Of a stretch of 64,000 bases of DNA, positions 51,320 through 60,310 are shown one piece after another. The stretch's first letter is position 1, and each line of letters starts with the position of its first letter. The notes beneath the pieces are model-generated. The model saw nothing but the letters and a program-made list of their open reading frames with translations. It had not been told where the DNA came from and did no database searches. The position numbers and the translations under genes were made by a program. The stretch spans positions 1,120,001-1,184,000 of the forward strand of contig CBDEUK010000002.1 of the NCBI GenBank assembly GCA_965243205.1, given 5' to 3'. The stretch comes from Gammaproteobacteria bacterium. GTDB taxonomy: Bacteria > Pseudomonadota > Gammaproteobacteria > Eutrophobiales > Eutrophobiaceae.

Positions 51320-52468
51320 TTATTGAATTGTTACTTCTTGGCCTTCACTCAAGGCCGCCACATCGGAAGCAACGATTTTCACACCTGACTGAATGCCTGA
51401 AACGGCTTGGATATTTTCATGTCTTGCTAATAATGTAATCGCAACACGTTGTAATTTTTGTTCTTCATCGACTAAAAAAAGATAGGTCTTACCTTCATCG
51501 TATAAAATAGCGCTTAATGGAACAACCGATACATCGTTAAACTTTTCTCCAGGTAATATCGCCTTTGCTAACTGACCCGAATATAAACCTTCACCTGACA
51601 TACGAATGAGTATGGCATGGGTCATCGTATTTGCATTGGGATCAGGTTCGATAGAAAGTATTTGAGCAATACGTTTATCTTCTTCAAATAGAATTTCAAT
51701 ATCTTGTCCGACCGAGAGCCTTGACATGGTTTTGCCTGTCACCTCTAAATACAAATCCATTTCATTCAGTTGAACCAATTCTAAAGCAATTTCACCAGAA
51801 CGAGCATAATCTCCAATTTCATACTCGACGGTATTAATTGTTGCATCAAACGGTGAACGTAATTCGGTTCTATCGATGTTCCGTTGCGCCATATTGACTT
51901 TGCTTTCTCGTAAAGCGATTTTGGCCTTAGCCACATTGACACTACTGCTTAAGCGAGATTTTTCAGATTTTAACTGCCATAAAGTAGTCAATGCTTTATC
52001 GTAGTTTGATTTAGAAGCTAGGGATTTTTGGCCAAGCTGTTCTAATCGTTTTACTTCGCGTTGTTGGATATCGATTTCTTTATTAATGATGTTTAGTTGT
52101 TGACGATCACGTGTCACATTTGCTTGCTCCAATTCCTTCTCAGCCATAGCTTCTTGTAACCGATCTTGATAATCACCATCATTGATAGTCAATAATAATT
52201 GACCTTGTTTGACCTCCTGACCCGGCTCGATGTATCGGGCAGAAACTTGCCCACTGATTTCAAAACGTAATTTTGAGCGTTTTGCTGGCTGAATTTTCCC
52301 CGTTAACACGCGTTCAGCAGCAAGATCTTGTTTGAGGACGTCAGTGACGGTGACTCGACTGATTGGTAATGCCCTTAATTCAGCCTTGGTTTCGGGTTTA
52401 GTCCAATCCAAAACCATGATAGAAGCTATCACTACAACTAAAACGACTAATATTCTAAATAATGCCAT
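51320..52468 (-). CDS. RND periplasmic adaptor (membrane fusion protein)
   Basis: N-terminal anchor, lipoyl motifs (SGQV...PGQEVKQGQLL; LRSPFD); ATG at 52468, ORF extends to 52486. Confidence 0.92.
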   Translation of the reverse strand: MALFRILVVLVVVIASIMVLDWTKPETKAELRALPISRVTVTDVLKQDLAAERVLTGKIQPAKRSKLRFEISGQVSARYIEPGQEVKQGQLLLTINDGDYQDRLQEAMAEKELEQANVTRDRQQLNIINKEIDIQQREVKRLEQLGQKSLASKSNYDKALTTLWQLKSEKSRLSSSVNVAKAKIALRESKVNMAQRNIDRTELRSPFDATINTVEYEIGDYARSGEIALELVQLNEMDLYLEVTGKTMSRLSVGQDIEILFEEDKRIAQILSIEPDPNANTMTHAILIRMSGEGLYSGQLAKAILPGEKFNDVSVVPLSAILYDEGKTYLFLVDEEQKLQRVAITLLARHENIQAVSGIQSGVKIVASDVAALSEGQEVTIQ

Positions 52469-52598
52469 AATGTTAAATTTACCCAACTAAAGTCCTTTTG
52501 ACTAAAAACTCACATAAAAATTTGATGCAAAATCAAATCTGTGCGATTTTAGCAAATATAACTCGTTAATAAGAATTCTAATTAATTACTATAAAGTA

Positions 52599-54863
52599 AT
52601 GCTGATAAGAAATACCACTGTATGTTTTTTACTATTGGGGGTGGGGAGTACTAGTTCAGTTTGGTCAGAGGAATCCGCTAAGGATTCCAGCTGGTCACAT
52701 TGCCCTAGCTCTCTTGGCATTCCTGCGCGCCCAATAATCAAAGATAAATTACTCGCCGATGACATTCTGATCACGGCAGATGAAGCTGAATTGGTGGATG
52801 AAGGCATCTCAGATCTCACTGGTAAAGTTGAAATTACACAGGATCAGCAACAAATTCAGTCCGATCGGGTTTTATACGACAAAACAAATAATTCCGCTGA
52901 TTTATCAGGCAATGTGAAATATTGGGATAATGCCCTATTCTTGGATAGTGACAAAGCCCATGTAGAAATGAATGATAATACGGGCACATTTACCAATACC
53001 GATTACCGCATTATCGATAATAGAGGTAGAGGCCAGGCTAAAACCCTTGAATATGTGAGTGGTATTAGCACGACATTACACAATGTGGACTTTTCCACTT
53101 GCCAACCTGAAGATAATTTCTGGAAATTGAAAGCCGATAAAATCAAACTGGATCATATAGATGAAGTTGGAAGTGCTCGAAACGTGGTACTTAAAATTAA
53201 AGATGTACCGGTTTTTTATACACCTTATATCTCTTTCCCATTAAGCGACAAACGTAAATCAGGCTTCCTCTCTCCAAGCGTAGGTACCTCAAACCAATAC
53301 GGTTTTGAAACCAGAACACCCTATTATTGGAATATTGCACCAAATATGGATGCTACTATCACACCAAGAGTTCTGACTGATAGTGGCTTAATGCTGATGA
53401 CAGAATACCGCTATATGTTTAGCCGAGGTTCTGGAGAGGTTAACTTTGAATACCTAGCAAACGATAGTAATTTCAATGATGAAGACCGTAATTTGTTCGG
53501 TTTACGTCATGAACAAAGTTTTTTGGATACCGGTAATCTATTTCTTACCTATAACCGAGTTTCAGATAATGAATATTTTGAAGACTTTGGAACGAATATT
53601 GAGATTACGAGTACTCGATTTTTAGAACAACGAGCTCAAGCTACCTACTATGGTAGTTGGTGGGATGCATCTTTGATGTTGCAAAATTTCCAAACAGTCG
53701 ATCGTTCTTTACCAACTACTTCAAGACCCTTTAAACGTTTACCTCAAATCCATTTCAATGCGTATTCACCATACAATAACAAGCAATTTAATTTTGGTTT
53801 TGAATCACAATTTTCTTATTTTGATCGCAGTGATAGTTCAGGTATTTCGACTGACGATAATGCTTACCGTATAGATTTATATCCTTATGTTTCTTATCCA
53901 ATACGCTCAATGGCGGGTTATATCGAACCTAAGATTGGCGTTCGTTATACCCAATACTCAATTGAAAACCCGTCTAATTTTGATTCAAGTCCATCGCGTA
54001 CCAGCCCAATTTTAAGTGTTGATAGTGGTTTATTCTTCGAACGCAATACAAACTTATTTGGTAATGCATTTATACAAACTTTAGAACCACAAGCCTACTA
54101 TTTATATATCCCTGAAGATGAACAAGACAATTTACCGATATTCGATACTGGGGTCTATGATTTTACTTATTACAGCCTGTTCAGGGAGAACCGCTTTAGT
54201 GGAGTTGATAGATTAGGGGATGCGAATCAATTTACACTAGCTTTAACCAGCCGATTTATTAATCACGATACAGGTGATGAACTTGGATATGTTCGTTTTG
54301 GTCAAATTTATTATATTGATGATCGCGAAACAACCTTCACCAACCTAGTCAACCGCGGAGAAAGCAGTTCTCCAATAGTCTCCGAACTGCAATTTAATTT
54401 ATATCAAAACTGGAAGGTACGTACAGAATATCAATGGGATCCAGATCAAAATCGTACACAAAAGCTTACCGGACAGGTTCAATATAATTCTGGCGATGGT
54501 AAAGTACTGAATTTAGCCTATCGTGTTAGACATGATCAGCAACAGTTCATTACCAGTCGATTTCCCAGTATAGAACAAAGTGATATTTCATTTAGATGGC
54601 CACTCAATCATAAATGGAACGTGGTTGGCCGTTGGAATCATGCAGTTCCTGAAAACCGTTCAATTGAAATGTTTGGTGGTGTGGAATATCAAGACTGCTG
54701 TTGGGGAGTACGAGCTGTTGCAAGACGCTATCTAACCGATATTACTGGAGAACAACAAACAGGGATTTTTTTACAGTTTGAACTCAAAGGCTTAGCAGGT
54801 GTCGGTAAAAAGACATCAGAATTTTTAAAACAAAATATCCGCGGTTACGACAGTGAATTTTAA
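52599..54863 (+). CDS. lptD: LPS assembly protein LptD
   Basis: FSTCQP...W, PVFYTPY.SFP...RKSGFL, PYYWNIAPN, YQDCCW, QFELKGL. Confidence 0.97.
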   Translation: MLIRNTTVCFLLLGVGSTSSVWSEESAKDSSWSHCPSSLGIPARPIIKDKLLADDILITADEAELVDEGISDLTGKVEITQDQQQIQSDRVLYDKTNNSADLSGNVKYWDNALFLDSDKAHVEMNDNTGTFTNTDYRIIDNRGRGQAKTLEYVSGISTTLHNVDFSTCQPEDNFWKLKADKIKLDHIDEVGSARNVVLKIKDVPVFYTPYISFPLSDKRKSGFLSPSVGTSNQYGFETRTPYYWNIAPNMDATITPRVLTDSGLMLMTEYRYMFSRGSGEVNFEYLANDSNFNDEDRNLFGLRHEQSFLDTGNLFLTYNRVSDNEYFEDFGTNIEITSTRFLEQRAQATYYGSWWDASLMLQNFQTVDRSLPTTSRPFKRLPQIHFNAYSPYNNKQFNFGFESQFSYFDRSDSSGISTDDNAYRIDLYPYVSYPIRSMAGYIEPKIGVRYTQYSIENPSNFDSSPSRTSPILSVDSGLFFERNTNLFGNAFIQTLEPQAYYLYIPEDEQDNLPIFDTGVYDFTYYSLFRENRFSGVDRLGDANQFTLALTSRFINHDTGDELGYVRFGQIYYIDDRETTFTNLVNRGESSSPIVSELQFNLYQNWKVRTEYQWDPDQNRTQKLTGQVQYNSGDGKVLNLAYRVRHDQQQFITSRFPSIEQSDISFRWPLNHKWNVVGRWNHAVPENRSIEMFGGVEYQDCCWGVRAVARRYLTDITGEQQTGIFLQFELKGLAGVGKKTSEFLKQNIRGYDSEF

Positions 54864-56160
54864 ACAGGTTTTAAAACGGGCCTGGAAACAATATGTTTCT
54901 GGCTTTCTACTTCTATTTTTTTCAATTTCTCTCTATTCAGGCACTCCGATCGATAGAATTGTCGCAGTAGTCAATGATGATATAATTATGGAATCTGAAC
55001 TCATAAACCGTATGCGTATCATCGCTGCTCAATTAAACCAAAAGAATCAATCGCCACCACCAAAACCTGCGTTTGAAAAACAAATTTTAGAAAGCATTAT
55101 TATTCAAAAAGTACAATTACAAAGGGCCGCAGAGACCGGTATCAGAGTTGATGATGAAACCTTAAACCGCAGTGTTCGTGGTATGGCTGAGCAAAATGGC
55201 GTGTCCTTAAAACAATTTCGTGACATCTTGGAAAACGATGGATTCAGCTTTGAACAATTTCGTGAAGACATACGTAATGAGATTATCATTAGCCGTTTGA
55301 AACAACGGCAAATTATCAATCGAATATCAATTACGGATAGAGAAATTGATAATTTCCTCGCCAATGCAGAAACTCAAGGTTTAATGGAGACTACCTATCA
55401 TATAGGTCATATTCTCATTGCTGCCACTGAAGGCTCTAACGAAGAAGATAAACAACAAAAAAAAATGATCGCGCAAAAAGCTGTTGAAGATCTTAGAGCA
55501 GGCCAAGATTTCGCTGAACTAGCAATTAGAATTTCTGATGGCCAACAAGCAGCTGAAGGCGGCGACCTTGGCTGGCGAAAAGGAAATGAAATACCGTCAT
55601 TATTCTCACGCTTTGTAAAAGACATGCAAGCAGGTGATATCAGCGATGTCATAGAAAATTCCAGTGGCTTTCATATAGTTAAGCTCTTGGATATATCTAG
55701 TGGCGATAAGAAAATGATTCGCCAAACACGAGCTAGTCATATATTGCTCAAAACAAATGAAGTCACTACGAATGAAGTCGCAATAGAAAAACTTGAACAG
55801 TTTCTTTATCGTATCCAACAAGGTGAAGATTTTGCGCAAATCGCTAAATCCAACTCTGATGACATGATCAGCGCCCTTGAAGGTGGTGACTTAGGTTGGC
55901 GTAGTCCAGGAGAATTAGTCCCACAATTTGAAGCAGAAATGGATGCGCTCGAAATTGGTGGAATTAGTGAGCCATTTCAAACTCAATTTGGCTGGCATAT
56001 TCTTACGGTATTGGAACGTCGCGATTTCGATAACTCTGATAATGCTAAACGTAGTCAAGCTAGAGAAGCAATTAGACAACGCAAAATACGAGAAAATGAA
56101 CAAGAATGGGTGCGTAATTTACGCGAAGAAGCTTTTGTAGAATATCGAATTGATGGCTAA
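54853..56160 (+). CDS. surA: Periplasmic chaperone/PPIase SurA
   Basis: DRIVAVVN, two parvulin domains (GGDLGW), LREEAFVE. Confidence 0.96.
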   Translation: MNFKQVLKRAWKQYVSGFLLLFFSISLYSGTPIDRIVAVVNDDIIMESELINRMRIIAAQLNQKNQSPPPKPAFEKQILESIIIQKVQLQRAAETGIRVDDETLNRSVRGMAEQNGVSLKQFRDILENDGFSFEQFREDIRNEIIISRLKQRQIINRISITDREIDNFLANAETQGLMETTYHIGHILIAATEGSNEEDKQQKKMIAQKAVEDLRAGQDFAELAIRISDGQQAAEGGDLGWRKGNEIPSLFSRFVKDMQAGDISDVIENSSGFHIVKLLDISSGDKKMIRQTRASHILLKTNEVTTNEVAIEKLEQFLYRIQQGEDFAQIAKSNSDDMISALEGGDLGWRSPGELVPQFEAEMDALEIGGISEPFQTQFGWHILTVLERRDFDNSDNAKRSQAREAIRQRKIRENEQEWVRNLREEAFVEYRIDG

Positions 56161-57142
56161 TCGTTGCCCTCGAATTGCCATAACACCGGGTGAACCAGCT
56201 GGTGCTGGACCTGATATAGCGATTAAACTAGCGGTAGAAACTATCGATGCAGAATTAGTCTATATCGCAAGCCCTTCACTGTTAGAATCTCGTGCTAAGC
56301 AATTAGGTAAAAACATTATTATCGAAGAATTTAATCCTTCTGATTCTTCATCAATATCCCCTCCTAATACGCTCAAAGTATTACCTGTCGATTTAAATTC
56401 AGATGTGAAAGTTGGTGAACTTAGCCCGAAAAATGCGCATTATGTTTTAGAGACCTTAACGACTGCTGCTGAAGGCTGTTTAGACAAAACCTTCGACGCA
56501 ATGACTACAGGTCCAGTACAAAAATCTATTATAAATGATGCTGGCCATACTTTTAGTGGTCATACTGAATATTTAGCTGAACTATGCAATAACGCTTACC
56601 CAGTGATGATGCTTGCGAACAATCAAGTTCGAGTTGCATTAGTAACCACCCACTTACCATTAAATCAAGTCAGTTCAAGTATAAATAAAACAATCATTAA
56701 ACAAACTGTAGAAATCGTGAATAACGATCTCAAACAATGGTTTGGCATTAAACATCCTAAGATATTAGTCTGTGGTTTAAATCCACATGCTGGAGAACAA
56801 GGTCATTTGGGTATGGAAGAAATCGAAATCATTGAACCCGCTCTGAAAGCGTTAGAAGGAATAAATATTCAAGGCCCTCTTCCAGCCGATACTATCTTTA
56901 CCCAAGATTGGTTGAGCAAAGCAGATGTCGTTGTCTCCATGTTTCATGATCAAGGTTTACCTGCTCTAAAGGCTTTAGGCTTTGGCGAAACCGTTAATGT
57001 GACACTAGGTTTGCCAATTATTCGCACGTCGGTAGATCATGGAACCGCCTTAGATTTAGCAGGTACTGGCAAAGCCAGCCATTCAAGTTTAATGGCAGCG
57101 GTTAAGATGGCGATTGATCTAGCGAATAACCGTAAACTCTAA
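56153..57142 (+). CDS. pdxA: 4-hydroxythreonine-4-phosphate dehydrogenase
   Basis: TPGEPAG.GP, GHTE, GLNPHAGE, HDQGL, RTSVDHGTA. Confidence 0.97.
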   Translation: MANRCPRIAITPGEPAGAGPDIAIKLAVETIDAELVYIASPSLLESRAKQLGKNIIIEEFNPSDSSSISPPNTLKVLPVDLNSDVKVGELSPKNAHYVLETLTTAAEGCLDKTFDAMTTGPVQKSIINDAGHTFSGHTEYLAELCNNAYPVMMLANNQVRVALVTTHLPLNQVSSSINKTIIKQTVEIVNNDLKQWFGIKHPKILVCGLNPHAGEQGHLGMEEIEIIEPALKALEGINIQGPLPADTIFTQDWLSKADVVVSMFHDQGLPALKALGFGETVNVTLGLPIIRTSVDHGTALDLAGTGKASHSSLMAAVKMAIDLANNRKL

Positions 57143-57151
57143 ACTAGATTT

Positions 57152-57940
57152 ATGAATCAACATATTCCTCGCAAAAGGTTTGGGCAAAACTTTTTACATG
57201 ATAAAAGCTATATAGAGCGCATTATTAATAGCTTAAATATCCCTGAGTCGGAATCGATTGTTGAAATCGGCCCCGGCCAAGGTGCTTTAACTTATCCCTT
57301 GTTACAACAATATAAAAAACTTGCCGTTATTGAATTAGACCGCGACTTGTTGAGCAATCTTGAACAACAAGGAAAAGAATATGGAGATTTACAGATTTAT
57401 AATGAAGATGCACTGAAATTTGATTTTCACAAACTAAATACAAATTCACTGCATATTATTGGCAACTTGCCTTATAACATTTCAACTCCTATTTTATTTC
57501 ACCTCTTTCAGCATTTAGATTTAATCGCATCAATGACATTCATGTTGCAAAAAGAAGTGGTTGATAGATTAGCTGCGGATGTAAACGACTCTAATTTTAG
57601 CCGTCTATCCGTAATGGCTCAGTACTATTGCGATGTGGAAAAATTATTCGATGTACCACCAGGCGCGTTTTTTCCTCCGCCTAAAGTAATGTCTTCGGTT
57701 GTCAGTCTTCGCCCGAAAGAGCAATCTTCTTCATTGGAAGAACAGACTTTATTTTCTAAAATCGTAAAACAAGCTTTTTCCCAGCGACGAAAAGTCCTGA
57801 AAACAAATCTCAAACAATGGCTCTCAATTGAAGATTTCACTACCTTGGATATCAATCCAAGCTGTCGTGCTCAAGAGTTATCGGTTGAAGACTACATAGT
57901 AATCACTAACTATGTTAAATCGAATTCACTCACAGAATAA
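57152..57940 (+). CDS. rsmA: 16S rRNA adenine dimethyltransferase
   Basis: RKRFGQNFL, EIGPGQG, GNLPYNIS, FFPPPKV. Confidence 0.97.
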   Translation: MNQHIPRKRFGQNFLHDKSYIERIINSLNIPESESIVEIGPGQGALTYPLLQQYKKLAVIELDRDLLSNLEQQGKEYGDLQIYNEDALKFDFHKLNTNSLHIIGNLPYNISTPILFHLFQHLDLIASMTFMLQKEVVDRLAADVNDSNFSRLSVMAQYYCDVEKLFDVPPGAFFPPPKVMSSVVSLRPKEQSSSLEEQTLFSKIVKQAFSQRRKVLKTNLKQWLSIEDFTTLDINPSCRAQELSVEDYIVITNYVKSNSLTE

Positions 57941-58129
57941 ACCTGTGGATAACTCTGTGAATTATCTCTCGCCAATAAACCGTTATTGTCAATAGTAAAA
58001 AAGTCTGCATTTTCTTAAAATTCAATTTTTATTTTTATCTTCAATTATTTAAAAGCTTTTTTAATACTAATACCTTTAATTTTGCATGTAAGTTTATCTA
58101 TTGAAGGCGAGTTAACTCTCTGTGAATAA
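57926..58129. promoter_or_regulatory. Cluster of DnaA boxes in an AT-rich intergenic region
   Basis: TGTGGATAA (57944-57952, perfect), TGTGAATTA (57956-57964), TGTGAATAA (58121-58129), degenerate opposite box TCACTCACA (57926-57934). Confidence 0.6.
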
Positions 58130-58250
58130 CATTTTTATTTGAATCTATTTTTCTTATGAAAAAATAAAAATTATCTTTATAGTAAGTGATTACTTATAGC
58201 GATTTTAAGTCACAAAGTCGTTATACTCCCCACCACGAAAAGGCTCAAAA

Positions 58251-58793
58251 ATGCATAATAAAAATAATAATCTCATTCAACTGCTTAAGAGAATCCGATC
58301 GTTCATTGATTGCTTTATTGAATCATCTGGCAAGCTGATTTCCTGGCTAGTTATCATTCTAGTGTTATTGGTCAGTTACGACGTAGCAATGCGCTATATC
58401 TTCAATCAAGGTTCTATTGCCATCCAAGAATTAGAATGGCATCTGTTTTCACTAATCTTCTTGCTTGGTGCGGCCTACACCTTAAAACATGACGAACATG
58501 TACGTCTCGACTTATTTTATCAAAGCAATTTCAGCAGTGAACGCCTGCGTGCATGGATTAATTTAATCGGCTCGCTGGTGATCTTAATCCCAGTTTGCTG
58601 TCTTATTTTTAATACTTCCTGGTTTTTCGCGCTAAACGCTTTCAACTTTCAAGAAGGTTCCCCTGATCCAGGGGGCCTGCCCTACCGATGGATACTAAAA
58701 GCTGCAATACCTTTTGGTTTTCTATTATTAATTATTCAAGGCATTTCAGAAGCAATTAAAAACGCCCTATTCTTATTAGAGAACCGAACATGA
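58251..58793 (+). CDS. dctQ: TRAP transporter small permease
   Basis: V.MRY.F, ELEWHLF, YTL..DEHVR.D, SPDPGGLP. Confidence 0.9.
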   Translation: MHNKNNNLIQLLKRIRSFIDCFIESSGKLISWLVIILVLLVSYDVAMRYIFNQGSIAIQELEWHLFSLIFLLGAAYTLKHDEHVRLDLFYQSNFSSERLRAWINLIGSLVILIPVCCLIFNTSWFFALNAFNFQEGSPDPGGLPYRWILKAAIPFGFLLLIIQGISEAIKNALFLLENRT

Positions 58794-60103
58794 CTTTAGC
58801 CATACTGCTCATGTTTGTATGTCTGATGATCCTGTTACTAGTAGGATATCCAGTCGCCTTCACGTTGGGTTTTGTGGCATTGGTCTTTGGTTCAATCTTT
58901 CTAGGCATTGAATTCTTTAATCTATTGCCATTAAGAATTTGGGGCATCATGAATAACTTCACGCTACTTGCGGTACCGTTATTCGTATTTATGGGCATTA
59001 TTTTAGAAAAAGCAGGATTGGCTGAAGATTTACTCGAAACAATGGGTCGTCTATTCGGGAGGATGCGAGGCGGTCTAGCGATTTCAGTAGTCATCGTTGG
59101 TGCAATGCTCGCAGCAACAACAGGAGTCGTAGGTGCAACTGTCGTAACAATGGGCGTCATTGCATTACCTGCAATGTTAAAACATAACTACTGTCCAAAG
59201 TTAGCCACTGGGACTATTGCCGCCTCAGGCACATTAGGGCAAATTATTCCACCGAGTATCATTTTAATTTTATTAGGCGACGTAATCGGTGTGCCCGTGG
59301 GTCGATTATTTATGGGTGCCGTTGTACCAGGTGTTTTATTAGTGAGTTTATTTTTACTCTACATATCGATTCGAGCATGGTTACAACCTAACGTTGCTCC
59401 AGCCTTACAAAATAACGATGATGAGCATTTATTATCAAAAGTATTCTTCACCTTATTACCCCCATTGTTTTTAATCGTTGCAGTATTAGGCTCCATCTTC
59501 TTTGGTATTGCATCACCAACTGAATCCGCTGCAGTTGGCGCAGTCGGTGCTATGTTACTTGCGTTATCACATAAAAAATTAACCTTAAAAAATTTAACTG
59601 AGTCCATGCAATCCACTACACGTATTACTAGCATGGTATTTCTAATTCTGATCGGTGCAACCGCTTTTGGCATGGTGTTTACAGGAATGGGTGGTGAACA
59701 AATGGTGAAAGATGCTATTCAACATGTGCCCGGAGGTTCTTGGGGGTTCTTATTTATAAGTATGTTGATAATCTTTTTATTAGGTTTCTTTTTAGACTTT
59801 CTACAAATCTGTTTTATCGTAGTTCCGATCATTGCACCCATCGCACAAAGTCTTGGCATTGATTTATTATGGTTTGCGATCTTAATTGCCGTGAACTTAC
59901 AAACTTCGTTTTTAACACCGCCGTTTGGTTTTTCACTGTTTTATTTAAAAGCCGTTTGTCCTGAAAACATAAAAATTCAAGATATCTATTCAGGCATCAT
60001 TCCATTTGTAATCATACAAATACTAACCATTGCTTTACTAATGCTTATACCTGAATTAATTACGTGGTTACCTAACAAAATGGATGCCATGAGTGGTTTA
60101 TAA
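58790..60103 (+). CDS. dctM: TRAP transporter large permease
   Basis: LLAVPLFVFMG, AASGTLGQIIPPS, TPPFG. Confidence 0.93.
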   Translation: MTLAILLMFVCLMILLLVGYPVAFTLGFVALVFGSIFLGIEFFNLLPLRIWGIMNNFTLLAVPLFVFMGIILEKAGLAEDLLETMGRLFGRMRGGLAISVVIVGAMLAATTGVVGATVVTMGVIALPAMLKHNYCPKLATGTIAASGTLGQIIPPSIILILLGDVIGVPVGRLFMGAVVPGVLLVSLFLLYISIRAWLQPNVAPALQNNDDEHLLSKVFFTLLPPLFLIVAVLGSIFFGIASPTESAAVGAVGAMLLALSHKKLTLKNLTESMQSTTRITSMVFLILIGATAFGMVFTGMGGEQMVKDAIQHVPGGSWGFLFISMLIIFLLGFFLDFLQICFIVVPIIAPIAQSLGIDLLWFAILIAVNLQTSFLTPPFGFSLFYLKAVCPENIKIQDIYSGIIPFVIIQILTIALLMLIPELITWLPNKMDAMSGL

Positions 60104-60310
60104 TTTTCAAATTAAACAGCCACTTATTGGGAAGCTTTATTGTAATAAGTCAAATTAGATATAGATTAATAGGTCATACTCTATTCATAAAATAATATTT
60201 TTGTCGATAGGGTATACTTACGAATCCAATGGATATTGGAATCAGCTAAGAATATAGGTTTTATATATTCGGTTCAGATATTTAATATTTGAATATGATT
60301 TTGATTAATA

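Noticed and set aside
57926-58250. Chromosomal origin oriC
   Set aside because: Few boxes, no GATC enrichment and no origin-linked genes; kept only as DARS-like
60184-60210. sigma28 promoter for the CHASE-GGDEF-EAL gene
   Set aside because: GTCGATAG -10 is present, but the -35 at N15 (TTCA) is weak; not listed as a feature
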